A DNA stretch of 64,000 bases from the human T2T-CHM13v2.0 reference genome, Homo sapiens. Made by a program: the position numbers and the translations under genes. The notes under the pieces are model-generated. The model had not been told where the DNA came from and did not search any database. It saw nothing but the letters and a program-made list of their open reading frames with translations. The first letter of the stretch is position 1. Each line of letters begins with the position of its first letter. Shown piece by piece: positions 63,795 through 64,000 of the stretch. The DNA is taken from NCBI RefSeq assembly GCF_009914755.1, contig NC_060927.1. One strand, written 5' to 3'.

Positions 63795-63827
63795 TAGGCA
63801 GCGCTTTTCATAGAAACAGAATCAATA

Positions 63828-63871
<44 letters not shown>

Positions 63872-64000
63872 AGAGAGACAGAAGGATAGAGACAGAGAGA
63901 GAGAGAGAGACAAAAAGAGATAAATAAAGAAAATTTATTGTGGAAATTGGCTCACACAATTATGGAAGACAAAAAGTCCCATGCTATGCCATCTGCAAGC
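63795..64000. mobile_element. MLT2-like LTR start containing a (CA)n(GA)n microsatellite
   Basis: AGAAACAGAATCAATAGGA-(CA)n-...GGAAATTGGCTCACACAATTATGGA. Confidence 0.7.

Overview
Primate (almost certainly human) genomic DNA, rich in Alu, L1 and LTR elements. Positions 1 to ~20.1 kb hold the last three coding exons of LMLN (leishmanolysin-like peptidase/invadolysin, + strand) and a ~5 kb 3' UTR carrying two VNTRs. At ~22.1 kb the sequence switches abruptly to duplicon-like DNA: a GC-rich inverted repeat, a CTGACCAGG array, rearranged MaLR pieces and a solo LTR13. Positions ~29.9-57.1 kb are an unprocessed ANKRD18-family pseudogene on the minus strand (ANKRD18DP by synteny with LMLN at 3q29), with a CpG-island promoter; L1 sequence follows. 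No prokaryote-type system (CRISPR, operon) is present and I found no new protein-coding gene. The most interesting signals are: (1) an L1 insertion with a 3' transduction and a ~77-bp hairpin that preserves the ancestral frame of a pseudo-exon; (2) an intronic stop codon overlapping AATAAA that could give a tail-less LMLN isoform; (3) a 43-bp intra-exon duplication that breaks the ANKRD18 copy; (4) VNTRs inside the LMLN mRNA; (5) two young Ya-lineage Alus. Gene and repeat-family names come from recognising the sequence by eye, not from database searches. Repeat boundaries are approximate unless a TSD or TIR is quoted.
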